This document shows, one piece after another, positions 38,155-48,997 of a DNA stretch of 64,000 bases; the stretch's first letter is position 1; each line of letters opens with the position of its first letter. A program made the position numbers and the translations under genes. This DNA comes from a candidate division WWE3 bacterium UBA1379 (GTDB taxonomy: Bacteria > Patescibacteriota > WWE3 > UBA101185 > UBA10185). The notes beneath the pieces were generated by a model. That model did not search any database and was not told where the DNA came from. It worked only from the letters and a program-made list of their open reading frames with translations. Where the stretch lies: assembly GCA_002305475.1 (NCBI GenBank), contig DBRB01000003.1, positions 111,844 through 175,843 of the forward strand, given 5' to 3'.

Positions 38155-39672
38155 ATGGATTTACATGACAAAATAAACGCGAGAAATAAAGAGATAATTC
38201 TTATTATTACCGCCCTGATAATATCTTTTCTGGCTCATGCTGTTAATATGTTCGGTTATCCGTATTATGAAAGTGACGAGGGAACATATATTTCTCAGGC
38301 ATGGTCAATCTTAAAGTTAAACCAGCTTGCGCCATATGAATATTGGTATGACCATCCTCCTTTTGGATGGCTTCTGATTGCATTATGGATGCTATTAACG
38401 GGTGGGATGTATGTTTTCGGATTATCAGTAAATTCCGGAAGGGTCTTAATGCTGGTGATGCATTTGTTTTCCTCCTTGCTTTTATATCTGATTACAAAAA
38501 AATTTACAAGATCGGCTTTTACTGGAACAGTCTCCGTATTGATATTTTCAGTTTCTCCTTTGGCTGTCTTTTTTCATCGCAGAGTACTTCTGGATAATAT
38601 TGCCGTATTCTGGCTCCTTTTATCTATTACGATAATTTTATACAGAAGATCTAATTTTGCTGTTTTATTAAGTGCAGCATCTTATGGTTTTTCTTTTCTT
38701 ACTAAAGAATCTATGCTAGTTTTTTCACCTGTGATGCTTTATCTGGTTTATGTAATATTTACTAGTAAAAAAAGAAAAACTGTACTGTGGTTTGTTATAG
38801 CGTCATTAATCATTCTAACCTATCCCCTGTTTGCGCTTTTTAGAGGACAGTTGTTTCCTAATGACACTGGAATAAGTCTGTGGCAGTCAGTTATGACTCA
38901 GGTAACCAGAAGGAATGCTGAGATAGCGGGAACTCAAATCAGTGCATTTTGGTTTACTTTCTCTGAATGGATTAAGGAGGATCCCGTACTCATTTATCTG
39001 GGGATTGGATCTATATTTTTAAATATTATGCTGGGACTTAAAAGCCTATACGCAAGAATTATCGCATTGTTTAGCGTGGTCTTTGTCACATTTTTGTATT
39101 TCAATAGTTTAGTATTGGAGTTTTATATTGTTCCTATTCTACCCTTTTTTGCATTAAATATTTCCTACTTTATGGAACGGTTGAAAAATGTATTTTACAA
39201 CCGCGTACCTGCGAAACTAAGAAAAATTTCATATCTACCGTATTTTGGGATTGTTGTATCACTTTTAGTGATGTTTTTTAGGTATTCAAACAGTTCAAAG
39301 GATTTCTATAACATATACAGAACCGATCAGACTACCGGTCAGAGACAGGCAATTTCGTGGATGGTCAAAAATATTCCACCGGGTTCCAAAACGATATCGG
39401 ACAGTTATGCATATGTGGATCTAAATGACGGGAATAAAAACAGAAGATTTGACTACTATTGGAAAGTTGATTTTGATCCTGATATCAAAGAGACGATTTA
39501 CGGTAATTCCTGGAATAATGTTGATTATATTGCAATGACTCCTCAGATGGAGCGCGATCTGGAAAACAATTCCGGATTTGCACTCACCTCGACCGCTCTA
39601 AAAAATTCCAAAGAAATCCAACGTTTCTTTTCAAACGGATGGGGTGTGAGAATATTCAAGGTTAATCAGTAA
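38155..39672 (+). CDS. GT-C glycosyltransferase, protein O-mannosyltransferase (PMT/GT39)-like
   Basis: The motif YYESDEGTYISQAWSI...YWYDHPPFGWLLIALWM matches the DE...HPPLgKlLiA hallmark. Confidence 0.7.
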   Translation: MDLHDKINARNKEIILIITALIISFLAHAVNMFGYPYYESDEGTYISQAWSILKLNQLAPYEYWYDHPPFGWLLIALWMLLTGGMYVFGLSVNSGRVLMLVMHLFSSLLLYLITKKFTRSAFTGTVSVLIFSVSPLAVFFHRRVLLDNIAVFWLLLSITIILYRRSNFAVLLSAASYGFSFLTKESMLVFSPVMLYLVYVIFTSKKRKTVLWFVIASLIILTYPLFALFRGQLFPNDTGISLWQSVMTQVTRRNAEIAGTQISAFWFTFSEWIKEDPVLIYLGIGSIFLNIMLGLKSLYARIIALFSVVFVTFLYFNSLVLEFYIVPILPFFALNISYFMERLKNVFYNRVPAKLRKISYLPYFGIVVSLLVMFFRYSNSSKDFYNIYRTDQTTGQRQAISWMVKNIPPGSKTISDSYAYVDLNDGNKNRRFDYYWKVDFDPDIKETIYGNSWNNVDYIAMTPQMERDLENNSGFALTSTALKNSKEIQRFFSNGWGVRIFKVNQ

Positions 39673-40346
39673 TTAATAAAGTAATTAATTTCTGATTTAT
39701 TCTTAAGTTCTGCCAGCCAGTTGTTATATTCCTGAGCAAACTTTTCTTGCTGAATCTGTTCTTTTACCTGTTGTCTGACGATTTCATCCCCTATAGCATT
39801 TTCCGGCATATATTTTTCGTTAGCTGTAATAAACTCATTAATTTCATTTTCTTCCACTGAGATATTGCCCAAAAGCATTTTTTCCAGCTGCTTTTGGAGA
39901 ACTATCTGATCTATCATATCGTTTCTGGTCATTTTTCTCAGCTGTAACACTTCATCTATAGTTTGATTCTGAGATTTGAGAAGTTCTTCAACTTTTGATA
40001 TTTCAGCATTTATTTCATCCTGAGTCACAACTATATTCTGTCTTTTAGCTTCCTGCCTGATCAATGCCATTGATACCAGTCCGTCCAGTGCCTTTCCACC
40101 GCTTGCTCTCTCTAAATCTCTGATGACTGAAAATCTGGTGATAGGCTCACCATTGACAGTTGCAGCAATTAAATAATTTTTGGCAAGATAAGCAAAACTT
40201 CCGGTAACAGCTATCAGTAAAACTATTAAAAATATTTTTCTTGGCATTTTGACAGAAGGAAGTTTAATTCTTCTTTTTTCCGAATTATTTTCCAATGTCT
40301 TCTCGTTGCTAACTTCATTTATTGTATTTTCTTTTTCATTAATCAT
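39666..40346 (-). CDS. membrane-anchored SurA N-terminal-domain-like chaperone protein
   Basis: An N-terminal TM is followed by VNGEPITRFSVIRDLE...LIRQEA, which is SurA-N-like. Confidence in this call is low. Confidence 0.4.
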   Translation of the reverse strand: MINEKENTINEVSNEKTLENNSEKRRIKLPSVKMPRKIFLIVLLIAVTGSFAYLAKNYLIAATVNGEPITRFSVIRDLERASGGKALDGLVSMALIRQEAKRQNIVVTQDEINAEISKVEELLKSQNQTIDEVLQLRKMTRNDMIDQIVLQKQLEKMLLGNISVEENEINEFITANEKYMPENAIGDEIVRQQVKEQIQQEKFAQEYNNWLAELKNKSEINYFINY

Positions 40347-40468
40347 GGGAAAAGTATATCACACCATTAAATATTTTATTCAAAGAAAAAAATAAACTTA
40401 ATAACAATGTGATATTTTTTTAACATTAGAATAACTATCTGTTTATACATTCCAACCAGAATTTAATT

Positions 40469-41119
40469 ATGGCTGAAGAACGATATTTCTCTAACAGAAG
40501 TGAAGCCGGTAAGCAATTAGCTTTATATTTATCCAGGTTTAAAGAAGAATCAGTACATGTATTCGCCCTTCCCAAAGGAGGTGTACCCGTTGCCTATGAA
40601 GTAGCTGAAGTACTTCATTGTCCGTTGGATGTATTTATTGCCAGAAAAATCGGATCACCGTTTGATCCTGAATTCGGGATAGGAGCTGTAGCGGAGGGTG
40701 ATGTTCTTATTTTAAATAATGAAGTGATTGAACAGCTGAATATCGATCAGGATGCTATTGATATAGTTGTATCAAATCAGCTTAAGGAAATAGAAAGGCA
40801 GATTAATTTGTATAGAAAAGGAAAAACTCTGCCGGATATTAAGGGAAAGACGGTGATTTTGATTGATGACGGGGTGGCAACCGGTTTGACGGCTCAAGCT
40901 GCATTAACCTCCCTGGATAATATGGAACCAGAAAAGCTAATATTTGCATCTCCTGTTTGTTCCTATTATTCTTCTGAAGGATTAAGTGAGTTTGCCGATG
41001 AACTATACTTTGTATTAAAACCTTTCGATTTAACGGCTGTTGGGGTCTATTATGAGAATTTTGATCAGGTAACTGATGATGAAGTGATAAAATTGCTAAA
41101 ACTCGCACAAATTACCTAG
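40469..41119 (+). CDS. phosphoribosyltransferase-family protein (COG1926-like)
   Basis: A PRPP-binding loop, VILIDDGVATGLTAQAAL, is present. The N-terminus reads ERYFSNRSEAGKQLA. Confidence 0.7.
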   Translation: MAEERYFSNRSEAGKQLALYLSRFKEESVHVFALPKGGVPVAYEVAEVLHCPLDVFIARKIGSPFDPEFGIGAVAEGDVLILNNEVIEQLNIDQDAIDIVVSNQLKEIERQINLYRKGKTLPDIKGKTVILIDDGVATGLTAQAALTSLDNMEPEKLIFASPVCSYYSSEGLSEFADELYFVLKPFDLTAVGVYYENFDQVTDDEVIKLLKLAQIT

Positions 41120-41144
41120 TTTGTGGTATATTAATGCCTGTATT

Positions 41145-41747
41145 ATGGGTAGATATACTGGACCTAAAGATAAATTATCCAGACGGGAAGGCAAGGAGCT
41201 TTTCGGAAGAACCAGAGCATCCTTGCTAAGGCGTTTGAGACAGGCTCCCGGTCAGCACGGAACATCAAGAAGCCGTGCATCTGTTTATGGTCGTCAATTA
41301 AGGGAAAAACAGAAAGTTAAAAGAATTTACGGGCTTAGGGAAAAACAGTTTAAAAATCTGTATGAGAAAGCTTTAAAGGCAAAAGATGTACCTACAGGAA
41401 CGGCATTGCTTCAGACACTGGAAATGAGGTTGGATAATGTGGTTTATCGCTTAGGACTTGCTCGAACCAGACCGCAGGCCAGACAGTTTGTGACTCAGGG
41501 TAGAGTTTTAGTTGACGGAAAGAAAGTGGATATTCCTTCATATGAAGTAAAAGAAGGTCAGAAAGTTTCCCTACAACCGGAAGCATTCCAATCCCCTTTT
41601 ATTCAGTCAATACTTGCCAGAGAGATTGTTCTTCCCGCATGGCTTCAAGTCAAGGAAGGTATCGGCTCAGTACTGCGAAAACCCGAACGTGAAGAAATGG
41701 ATCAAGATATTGATGAAAATATGATTGTTGCTTTTTACTCCAGATAA
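41145..41747 (+). CDS. rpsD: 30S ribosomal protein S4
   Basis: The N-terminus MGRYTGPKDKLSRREGKELFGR is the canonical S4 N-terminus. The S4 RNA-binding domain motif LDNVVYRLGLARTRPQARQFVTQGRVLVDGKKV is present. Confidence 0.9.
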   Translation: MGRYTGPKDKLSRREGKELFGRTRASLLRRLRQAPGQHGTSRSRASVYGRQLREKQKVKRIYGLREKQFKNLYEKALKAKDVPTGTALLQTLEMRLDNVVYRLGLARTRPQARQFVTQGRVLVDGKKVDIPSYEVKEGQKVSLQPEAFQSPFIQSILAREIVLPAWLQVKEGIGSVLRKPEREEMDQDIDENMIVAFYSR

Positions 41748-41939
41748 TTAGCTCAGTGTTGCACTTACGTCTGCCGCAGACTCGAACTCCTCATCATCGG
41801 GAAGATTCTGTTCAAGATAATCTATAACATCAGGTGGTGCACCGTTCTCTTTTGCTGTATCAATAAGAGTCTGTTTATCGCAGGGATATGCTACTCCGCT
41901 TAAATATTTCTGAACCTGGACGGGGTTAATTTCATCCAT
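41748..41939 (-). CDS. DUF2795-like small protein
   Basis: The 63-aa sequence VQKYLSGVAYPCDKQTLIDTAKENGAPPDVIDYLEQNLPD fits the DUF2795 pattern. Confidence 0.55.
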   Translation of the reverse strand: MDEINPVQVQKYLSGVAYPCDKQTLIDTAKENGAPPDVIDYLEQNLPDDEEFESAADVSATLS

Positions 41940-42115
41940 AGAAATTTCTCCAATTAAATAGACTGTTGTATGGGAAAAAGTTTAAATATGAATAGTTATG
42001 GTGAATTGAATTTGAAGTAAAAGGCTCGTAAATATATGTATAACGGATTTATATATCAGCTCGACAAAAGCAACTTTTTGTCCTGACTGCGGAAATAAGT
42101 TAGAATAAATTATCT

Positions 42116-42709
42116 ATGAAAAGATATCTGCCATTAATTATCGTTTCAGTTATTGTATTCGGGTTAGCTTATATCATCTATACTTTCAATCAACCAAAAA
42201 ATAACACACCAATTCAAGTTCCCGTTGATGATATAAAAAACACTGTAATATTCCCTGTACAGGGAGATATATTGGTGAAAGGATTTCCGTATCATTTGGA
42301 ATGGGAAATAATTGATGCACCTAAGGAGTCTATAGCAATATTTTTGATAGATGCTTCTTTAGAGCAACAAGGTGAATCCGTCAGTATATCCGATCGTGTA
42401 TATGATATTCCTAATATTGGAACTTATGACTATTCAATTCCGACAAATCTTCCTGAGGGAACATACAAGCTGCGTATTGGTAAAATGGATAGTGGATACT
42501 TTAGAGTATTATCATTAAGAGATGCCATTTCGGATTGTATGCCGAAAAGTGATATTAAAAGCAAGACACAATGCGATGAGCTGATCAGTATGATTGATGA
42601 TTATGAGAAATGTACCCAAGCCGGTTTTCCTGTTATAGAATCGTATCCTCAACAGTGCAGAACTCCCGACGGTAGAACATTCACACAGGACATAACTGCA
42701 GATAACTAG
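42116..42709 (+). CDS. secreted hypothetical protein
   Basis: An N-terminal signal or TM (LPLIIVSVIVFGLAYIIY) is followed by a soluble domain with 4 Cys. Confidence 0.4.
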   Translation: MKRYLPLIIVSVIVFGLAYIIYTFNQPKNNTPIQVPVDDIKNTVIFPVQGDILVKGFPYHLEWEIIDAPKESIAIFLIDASLEQQGESVSISDRVYDIPNIGTYDYSIPTNLPEGTYKLRIGKMDSGYFRVLSLRDAISDCMPKSDIKSKTQCDELISMIDDYEKCTQAGFPVIESYPQQCRTPDGRTFTQDITADN

Positions 42710-42711
42710 CT

Positions 42712-45066
42712 CTACATCGCACCCATCTGTGTGCTGAGTTTTGCGAATTCAATAAACAGAAGTGTGAATATTACGGCAATAATTATCGGAGTCATTATTG
42801 ATAGATAATTTCTCTTTCCGGGCTGATAGGCCTTTAGAGTTAGTGAATTTGAAACCACGGATATTGAACTTAAAGCCATGGCAAGTCCTGCAAGTTCAGG
42901 TTTTAATACCAGACCAAAATCCGAAAAGACTCTGGCGGCAATCGGAATACCGATAATATTATAGAAAAGAGCAAAGAACATATTCTGTCTAATTTTTCCT
43001 ACTGTTGCTTTTGATAAATCTATAGCTGTTGAGACATCTCTTAAATCATTTTTGATAATGACAATACCTCCGGTTTCCATCGCTACATCAGTCCCCGAAC
43101 CCATGGCAATACCAAGATCTGCTTGTGCCAGTGCTGGAGCGTCATTGATACCATCACCCACCATTGCCACTTTATATCCCTTTTTCTGGAGCATCTTTAC
43201 TTCGTTGGCTTTCTCTTCAGGTAGAACTTCAGCCAAGACATGATCTATCCCTGCCTGTTTGGCTATAGCATCTGCCGTCTTTTTATTGTCACCCGTGATC
43301 ATATAGACTTTGATACCTAGTTTTTTTAGGTTTTTTATTGCTTCGTATGATGTATCCTTGATAGTATCCGCTACTGCTACCGCACCAAGTAAGGTATCTA
43401 CGGTAGACAGAATCATAGCTGTTTTCCCCTGTTCCTCAAGTTTTGATAGAGGTTCATTAATATCCTGAAGCGATAGCTTAAGCTCTTCAGATATTAATTT
43501 TCTATTTCCCAAATAATATTTCGTATCTCTGATATTTCCTGAAACCCCGTGACCTGGTATTACTTTAAAGGACTCCGTTGCAGGCAGATTTATAGATTTT
43601 GTTTTTGCATGTGAGTAAATAGCTTCCGCGAGAGGGTGTTCGGAATGTTTTTCCAGACCTGCTGCAATACTTAGAATTTCATCTTTTGTGTAATCGGTGA
43701 ATGAAATGACATCAGTAACTTCAGGTTTACCTTTAGTAATGGTGCCGGTTTTATCAAAAATAATTGTGTTTATTTTTAAAGCACTTTCCAATGGTTCCCC
43801 TCCTTTAATGAGGATACCGTTTTCTGCTCCCTTGCCGGTTCCCACCATCAGAGACGTCGGGGTGGCAAGACCCAAAGCACATGGACAGGCAATAACAATT
43901 ACTGAGGTGAAAGCCATTAATGAGTATGATAAGGATGAATTAAAAATGAAGAACCATGCGATAAATGTTAAAGCTGCAATAAATAAAACGCTAGGTACAA
44001 ATACTGCGGATATTTTATCGGCAAACTCCTGGATAGGTGCTTTTGAACCCTGAGCTTCTTCTACCAGTCTTATAATCTGTGCCAGAGTTGTTTCCTGACC
44101 GATTCGGACAGCTTGGTATTCAAAACTTCCCGTTTTATTAATGGTACCTCCGATTACCTGATCACCTTCAAATTTTTCTACAGGAAGACTTTCACCTGTG
44201 ATCATAGATTCATCTACGCCTGAGCTACCTTTGATAATTATTCCATCTACCGGGATTTTTTCACCCGGACGAACCACTATGTTATCCCCTTTTACTACCT
44301 GATCAATCGGGATATCCATTGTTTCTTCTCCCCTGATCACTCTGGCTGTTTTTGCATGAAGCCCCATCAATTTTTTGATTGCATCCGAGGTTCTGCCTTT
44401 TGCTTTAGATTCCAGCCACTTTCCTAGAAGAACGAAAGTAATTAAAAAAGCAGATGTTTCAAAATATATTTCAGTTACTTTTTCGCCTTTTATACCTGCT
44501 ATGGAACCGGTATTTATATAGTGAATAATTAAATTTGCCAGGCTGTAAAAATAGGCTACTGATGTGCCGATGGCTATCAGACTATCCATATTAAACGTCT
44601 TCATCTTCAGAGCGGACCACATTCCTTTATAAAATCCTTTGCCGATTATAAACTGGACGGGAGTAGCAAGAATAAAGGAAATGAATGCAGCATAAGGAAG
44701 GATCTCATTCCGCCCCCAAAGACCGGTGAAGAAATCGTAAAGCATGAAATATAGCATCGGTAAACTTAAGAGTAGTCCAAATAAAAATTTACTTAAGTAC
44801 CCTGCTTCCTGTTTCTTCTTGTTTTGTGTGGTGGTGTCAGTAGTGCCGCCGATTACTGCTTCTTTAGCTTTATATCCGGCGCTTTCTACGGCATTAATCA
44901 AATCCTTTACATCTACTGTTTCTTCTACTACTACTCCTGCTTTTTCGGAAGAGAAATTAACATTGGCAGACTGAACACCACCAACTTTATTCAGTGATTT
45001 TTCAATTAAATTTGCACAGGATGCACAGTGCATACCTTCAATATTAAGATTAACTTTCTTAGACAT
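42712..45066 (-). CDS. copA: copper-translocating P1B-type ATPase
   Basis: It has an N-terminal HMA domain ([15 protein letters not shown]), the TM metal-binding CPC motif ([11 protein letters not shown]), [17 protein letters not shown], and 8 TM helices. Confidence 0.92.
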   Translation of the reverse strand: MSKKVNLNIEGMHCASCANLIEKSLNKVGGVQSANVNFSSEKAGVVVEETVDVKDLINAVESAGYKAKEAVIGGTTDTTTQNKKKQEAGYLSKFLFGLLLSLPMLYFMLYDFFTGLWGRNEILPYAAFISFILATPVQFIIGKGFYKGMWSALKMKTFNMDSLIAIGTSVAYFYSLANLIIHYINTGSIAGIKGEKVTEIYFETSAFLITFVLLGKWLESKAKGRTSDAIKKLMGLHAKTARVIRGEETMDIPIDQVVKGDNIVVRPGEKIPVDGIIIKGSSGVDESMITGESLPVEKFEGDQVIGGTINKTGSFEYQAVRIGQETTLAQIIRLVEEAQGSKAPIQEFADKISAVFVPSVLFIAALTFIAWFFIFNSSLSYSLMAFTSVIVIACPCALGLATPTSLMVGTGKGAENGILIKGGEPLESALKINTIIFDKTGTITKGKPEVTDVISFTDYTKDEILSIAAGLEKHSEHPLAEAIYSHAKTKSINLPATESFKVIPGHGVSGNIRDTKYYLGNRKLISEELKLSLQDINEPLSKLEEQGKTAMILSTVDTLLGAVAVADTIKDTSYEAIKNLKKLGIKVYMITGDNKKTADAIAKQAGIDHVLAEVLPEEKANEVKMLQKKGYKVAMVGDGINDAPALAQADLGIAMGSGTDVAMETGGIVIIKNDLRDVSTAIDLSKATVGKIRQNMFFALFYNIIGIPIAARVFSDFGLVLKPELAGLAMALSSISVVSNSLTLKAYQPGKRNYLSIMTPIIIAVIFTLLFIEFAKLSTQMGAM

Positions 45067-45074
45067 CTTATTTT

Positions 45075-46589
45075 TTATTGGACTGTAAGTGTTCCTCTGG
45101 GAACACCCATCGCACAGGTAATTTGATACTTTCCTTTTTTAGTAGGAGTAAATTCCATTACAACCGTTTTTCCTTTTCGGAATACTTCATATTTATTTAC
45201 CAGACCGGGAAGGGCAAGGCTTCCCATGCATCCGTATCCATCATCTTTTGCTTCCACTTCCATACGTACCGGTTTTCCTACCTCGACTGTAAAGGACGCC
45301 GGACGCATATCATCTCTTGCGGTATATACTGCTTTAAGAATTTGAACAACACCTTGATTTTCCGATGCACCGTTAGGATAATTATTGCTGTTAGGCTTTG
45401 CACTGGTGCATAAACTTGTTCCGTATTTCTCTTCATAAGCTTTTGCAACTTCAGGGTCCATATCTGTACTGCAGTTTGTACTTGTACCTTCTGCGGAGGC
45501 GATAGAATTACTTAAATTTACTCCGGTAAGATTAAGTCCGTTTTGAATATTGTAAAAAGAAAACATTATCACTAAAAGACCTACAAACTTAAACAGTGGT
45601 TTGGTAAATGAACCTTTTGACCAGGAAGTCAATCCTCCGATTCCGAGAAGCCCCGGTGTCGTACCTAAAGCAAAGACTGACATTGTAATAGCTCCTGTAA
45701 CTAAACTTCCGCTGGACATGGCAAACAACTGCATGACCTGTGTAAAGCCGCAAGGCAGAAAGAAGGTTAACCCGCCTGCTATCAATGCCCCGCTATGCGA
45801 ATACTCATTATTTCCTTTTTTGCTTATACCCAGTACATTATTTATACTCTTAGGTAATGTAAAACGGATTTTAGATAATATGGGGAATAAACCGATAGTC
45901 TGTATTCCCATCAATAGCATAACAGCTCCTACAAAGACGGTAAGGTAACCCAGCGTAGTTGTGGAAAATTGCAAGGCAGATCCAACAAACCCTAATATCC
46001 CCCCGAATAACGCAAAGAATAATACTCTTCCTAAATTAAAGTATATGTGGGGTATAAATTTTTCAGCAGGTTTTAAGTTTTTATGTTTTTCAGAAAATCT
46101 GGCGGAGACAGCAAGGACAATTCCCCCCACTAATGCCATACAAGTGGATAATCCTGCGGTCAGACCTACTAAAAATACTACCGGGATTTTTGAATAATCA
46201 CTGGATTTTGTAAATGAATAGTCTGCTACACCGGAAGAACGAAATATCAGAAAGAGGAACAGGAGAATGCCTGCTGAATAAAGCAGATGTTTATAATCAA
46301 TAATATCAGTAGAAATCCATTTTACTTCATTTTTTCCGACTGAATAACCGGCAGCGGATACTGCATCATTTATATCCCCGTCACTGATCTCTTTTGCTGA
46401 AAATATTTCTGCAGTCCCCTTCTTTTCACTGATGATTACATTTTTAATTCCCGAAATTTTTTTTAGTTCGTCTTCAATTACAATTTCACATGAACGACAG
46501 TGCATGCCTTTTATGGGTATTGTTTTCCTTATGTTATTGGTCATATTGTTATGATAGATAACAGATATTAGAAAGTTATTAACGGGCAA
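45075..46589 (-). CDS. three-part fusion: an HMA metal-binding domain, a polytopic permease (TauE/CcdA-like, with conserved Cys in TM helices) and a C-terminal cupredoxin-like domain
   Basis: The N-terminus [17 protein letters not shown] is an HMA CxxC domain. The central part has about 8 TM helices with [11 protein letters not shown] and FFLPCGFTQ. The C-terminus [26 protein letters not shown]...[19 protein letters not shown] is a cupredoxin-like beta-sandwich. The start may be the Met at 46544. Confidence 0.55.
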   Translation of the reverse strand: MPVNNFLISVIYHNNMTNNIRKTIPIKGMHCRSCEIVIEDELKKISGIKNVIISEKKGTAEIFSAKEISDGDINDAVSAAGYSVGKNEVKWISTDIIDYKHLLYSAGILLFLFLIFRSSGVADYSFTKSSDYSKIPVVFLVGLTAGLSTCMALVGGIVLAVSARFSEKHKNLKPAEKFIPHIYFNLGRVLFFALFGGILGFVGSALQFSTTTLGYLTVFVGAVMLLMGIQTIGLFPILSKIRFTLPKSINNVLGISKKGNNEYSHSGALIAGGLTFFLPCGFTQVMQLFAMSSGSLVTGAITMSVFALGTTPGLLGIGGLTSWSKGSFTKPLFKFVGLLVIMFSFYNIQNGLNLTGVNLSNSIASAEGTSTNCSTDMDPEVAKAYEEKYGTSLCTSAKPNSNNYPNGASENQGVVQILKAVYTARDDMRPASFTVEVGKPVRMEVEAKDDGYGCMGSLALPGLVNKYEVFRKGKTVVMEFTPTKKGKYQITCAMGVPRGTLTVQ

Positions 46590-47889
46590 GATTGAAAATT
46601 ACTCTGAAAGTACTACCTTTTCGTTTTTCACTATGTACTTCAATTTTACCTTTATGTGCTTTGATAATGGAATATGCAATAGCCAGGCCTAATCCATAAC
46701 CGGTAATTTTTTCGCCTGAATCACTTCTATAAAAACGCGAGAATAAATTTGGAAGATCCTTTTTTTCAATGCCCATGCCGTTATCCGTGATTTCAAAAAT
46801 TGCATGTTTTTCAGTATTTTTTAAATTTATTTTAATTAACCCGCTACCGTCATTGCCGGTGAATTTTACTGCGTTGGATGCCAGATTATAAAAAACCTGA
46901 AGGAGTTTATCCCTTCTTCCAAGTGTTTTAATGCCTTTATTAATATGGCATTCGACTTTAATATTTCTGCTTCCTGCCATATAAGTAATTGTTTCTGCAA
47001 TTTCTTCAGTCAGTTTTGACAGATTAACTTTTTCAAACTGTTTTTCAACGTCTTCCGATTGAGCCCAGGCATAGTCAATCAGACTTCCCAGCCTATTAGT
47101 AAGTCTGTCGGTCTGTTGGATGGTTTGGGACAAAGCTTGTATATATTCATCCGCGTTGCGTTCTTTGGAAAGAGCTACTTCTGCACCTGTTTTAATAACT
47201 GAGAGAGGGGTTTTTACTTCATGGGCAACATCTGCAATGAATTGCCTTTCCCTGATAAAAGAGGTGTGTATTCGTTTTAATAGCTCATTAAAACTTTTAA
47301 TCAGAATTGCGGATTCTGATGAACGGGTATCCATCATAATACCATCATTCATATTTTCTGTACTGATGTCTTTCATTCTTGTAGACAATCTGATGATCGG
47401 ATTTAGAGCACCACCTGCCATAAGATATCCGGCTAATATGGAAGGTATTATTAGGAGCAGTGTTATTAACATAAGGTTGTTTTTTAGCTGATTGAGAGCG
47501 TTTACATAGTTGTCTACCGGATGACCCATAATCAACACGCTGCTAATAACTCCCCCATCAATCAGCGGATATGCAATAATTCTTAGTTCGTCATTTCCCA
47601 GTTTATAATTCCTATACTGTGGTTCTTGTTTATCAAAGACCATAGTAACGATGTCCACAAAATCTCCAGCATCCTGTTTTGTGGCAGTCATAAGCAACAT
47701 ATTAGGGAACTGTTGATGATTAGGATTTTCCGCTATTTCCATGGCATGGGTAAGAAGTGAGCGATCAGTTTCTGATATCAGGTATTTTTTTGTTGATGAA
47801 TAAAAACTTGTAAATAAAACCGCCGACAGGATAAATATGACTAATGAATACCAGAGAGTTATTTGTGTTTTGATACTGATTTTGTTCAT
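46579..47889 (-). CDS. sensor histidine kinase (HisKA + HATPase_c), 2 TM, probably metal/copper-responsive
   Basis: It has the H-box DVAHEVKTPL, the N-box NLASNAVKFT, G1 ITDNGMGIE and G2 GYGLGLAI. Confidence 0.8.
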   Translation of the reverse strand: MNKISIKTQITLWYSLVIFILSAVLFTSFYSSTKKYLISETDRSLLTHAMEIAENPNHQQFPNMLLMTATKQDAGDFVDIVTMVFDKQEPQYRNYKLGNDELRIIAYPLIDGGVISSVLIMGHPVDNYVNALNQLKNNLMLITLLLIIPSILAGYLMAGGALNPIIRLSTRMKDISTENMNDGIMMDTRSSESAILIKSFNELLKRIHTSFIRERQFIADVAHEVKTPLSVIKTGAEVALSKERNADEYIQALSQTIQQTDRLTNRLGSLIDYAWAQSEDVEKQFEKVNLSKLTEEIAETITYMAGSRNIKVECHINKGIKTLGRRDKLLQVFYNLASNAVKFTGNDGSGLIKINLKNTEKHAIFEITDNGMGIEKKDLPNLFSRFYRSDSGEKITGYGLGLAIAYSIIKAHKGKIEVHSEKRKGSTFRVIFNLAR

Positions 47890-47893
47890 ATGT

Positions 47894-48568
47894 TTAGGAA
47901 GGATCTTTCATAGAAAAACCGACACCGAATACTGTATGAATTAGTTTATTTGATTTGTCGATCTCTATCTTTTTTCTTAAAGATGCAATGATCACATCAA
48001 TAATGTTACTCATTCCCTCATAACTGTAATCCCATACATGTTCCAGAATCATGGATCTGGTTACAACCTTATTTTTATTTCTTAAAAGGTATTCTAATAC
48101 TGCAAATTCTTTTGGAGTAAGATCTATAACTTTATCTCCTGCTAAAACTTCATGCTTTTGGATATTCATTACTAGATTTCCAATTTTTAATACCGGAAGT
48201 TCTATGTTTTCCTTTCGTCTTAATAAGGCATTTATTCTGGCTTTCAGTTCTTCGAAGGAAAACGGTTTGGTTAAGTAATCATCAGCTCCTGTATTTAGAC
48301 CCAATACTTTATCTTCTGTTTGTGATCTTGCTGTCAGCATTAATATCGGGGTGCGGTTGCCCTGTGACCTGATTTCTTTACAGATAGTCAGACCGTCAAT
48401 TTTAGGAAGAGATAAATCAAGAATAATCAGGTCATACGGTTCATGCTGGGCATAGTATAACCCCTCTTCTCCATCATAAGCAGTGTCTATGGCATATCCC
48501 TGCTCACTAAGGCCTTTTTTTAAGGTACTTACTAAATTTAGTTCATCTTCAATCATTAATATTCTCAT
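47894..48568 (-). CDS. OmpR-family response regulator
   Basis: The receiver domain has MRILMIEDE...LIILDLSLP...TARSQTEDK. A winged-helix C-terminus is present. The start was taken at the Met giving MRILMIEDE. Confidence 0.85.
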   Translation of the reverse strand: MRILMIEDELNLVSTLKKGLSEQGYAIDTAYDGEEGLYYAQHEPYDLIILDLSLPKIDGLTICKEIRSQGNRTPILMLTARSQTEDKVLGLNTGADDYLTKPFSFEELKARINALLRRKENIELPVLKIGNLVMNIQKHEVLAGDKVIDLTPKEFAVLEYLLRNKNKVVTRSMILEHVWDYSYEGMSNIIDVIIASLRKKIEIDKSNKLIHTVFGVGFSMKDPS

Positions 48569-48661
48569 AGTATTTGCAGCCATCTATATATATCTCATAA
48601 AATCACCAAAATGTGAAGTGGTATTGTAGAATGATCGGATAATTTCAGGTATACTGATTAT

Positions 48662-48997
48662 ATGAAGCTGATTTTAAGAATCATTGCATCAACAATTGCG
48701 GTTTTTGTAACAGCAAATATTATTCCAGGTGTAAATGTGGAGGATCTAGTTACTGCCCTCATAGTAGCTATTGTTTTAGGTCTTCTGAATACTTTTCTGA
48801 AACCGATTCTGGTGATATTAACTCTTCCTGTAACAATATTTACTCTTGGTTTTTTCTACCTGATAATAAATGCATTGATAGTACTGCTAGCTGCGCAGAT
48901 TGTTCCTGGATTTACGGTAGATTCCATTATTGCCGCGTTACTGTTTAGCTTTGTCAGCGCTGTAATCAACTTTTTCTTAAATGCATTTACTAAATAA
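48662..48997 (+). CDS. Phage_holin_4_2 / DUF360 family membrane protein
   Basis: The motifs IVLGLLNTFLKPILVILTLPVTIFTLGFFYLIINALIVLLAAQIVPGFTVDS match the DUF360 family. Confidence 0.6.
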   Translation: MKLILRIIASTIAVFVTANIIPGVNVEDLVTALIVAIVLGLLNTFLKPILVILTLPVTIFTLGFFYLIINALIVLLAAQIVPGFTVDSIIAALLFSFVSAVINFFLNAFTK

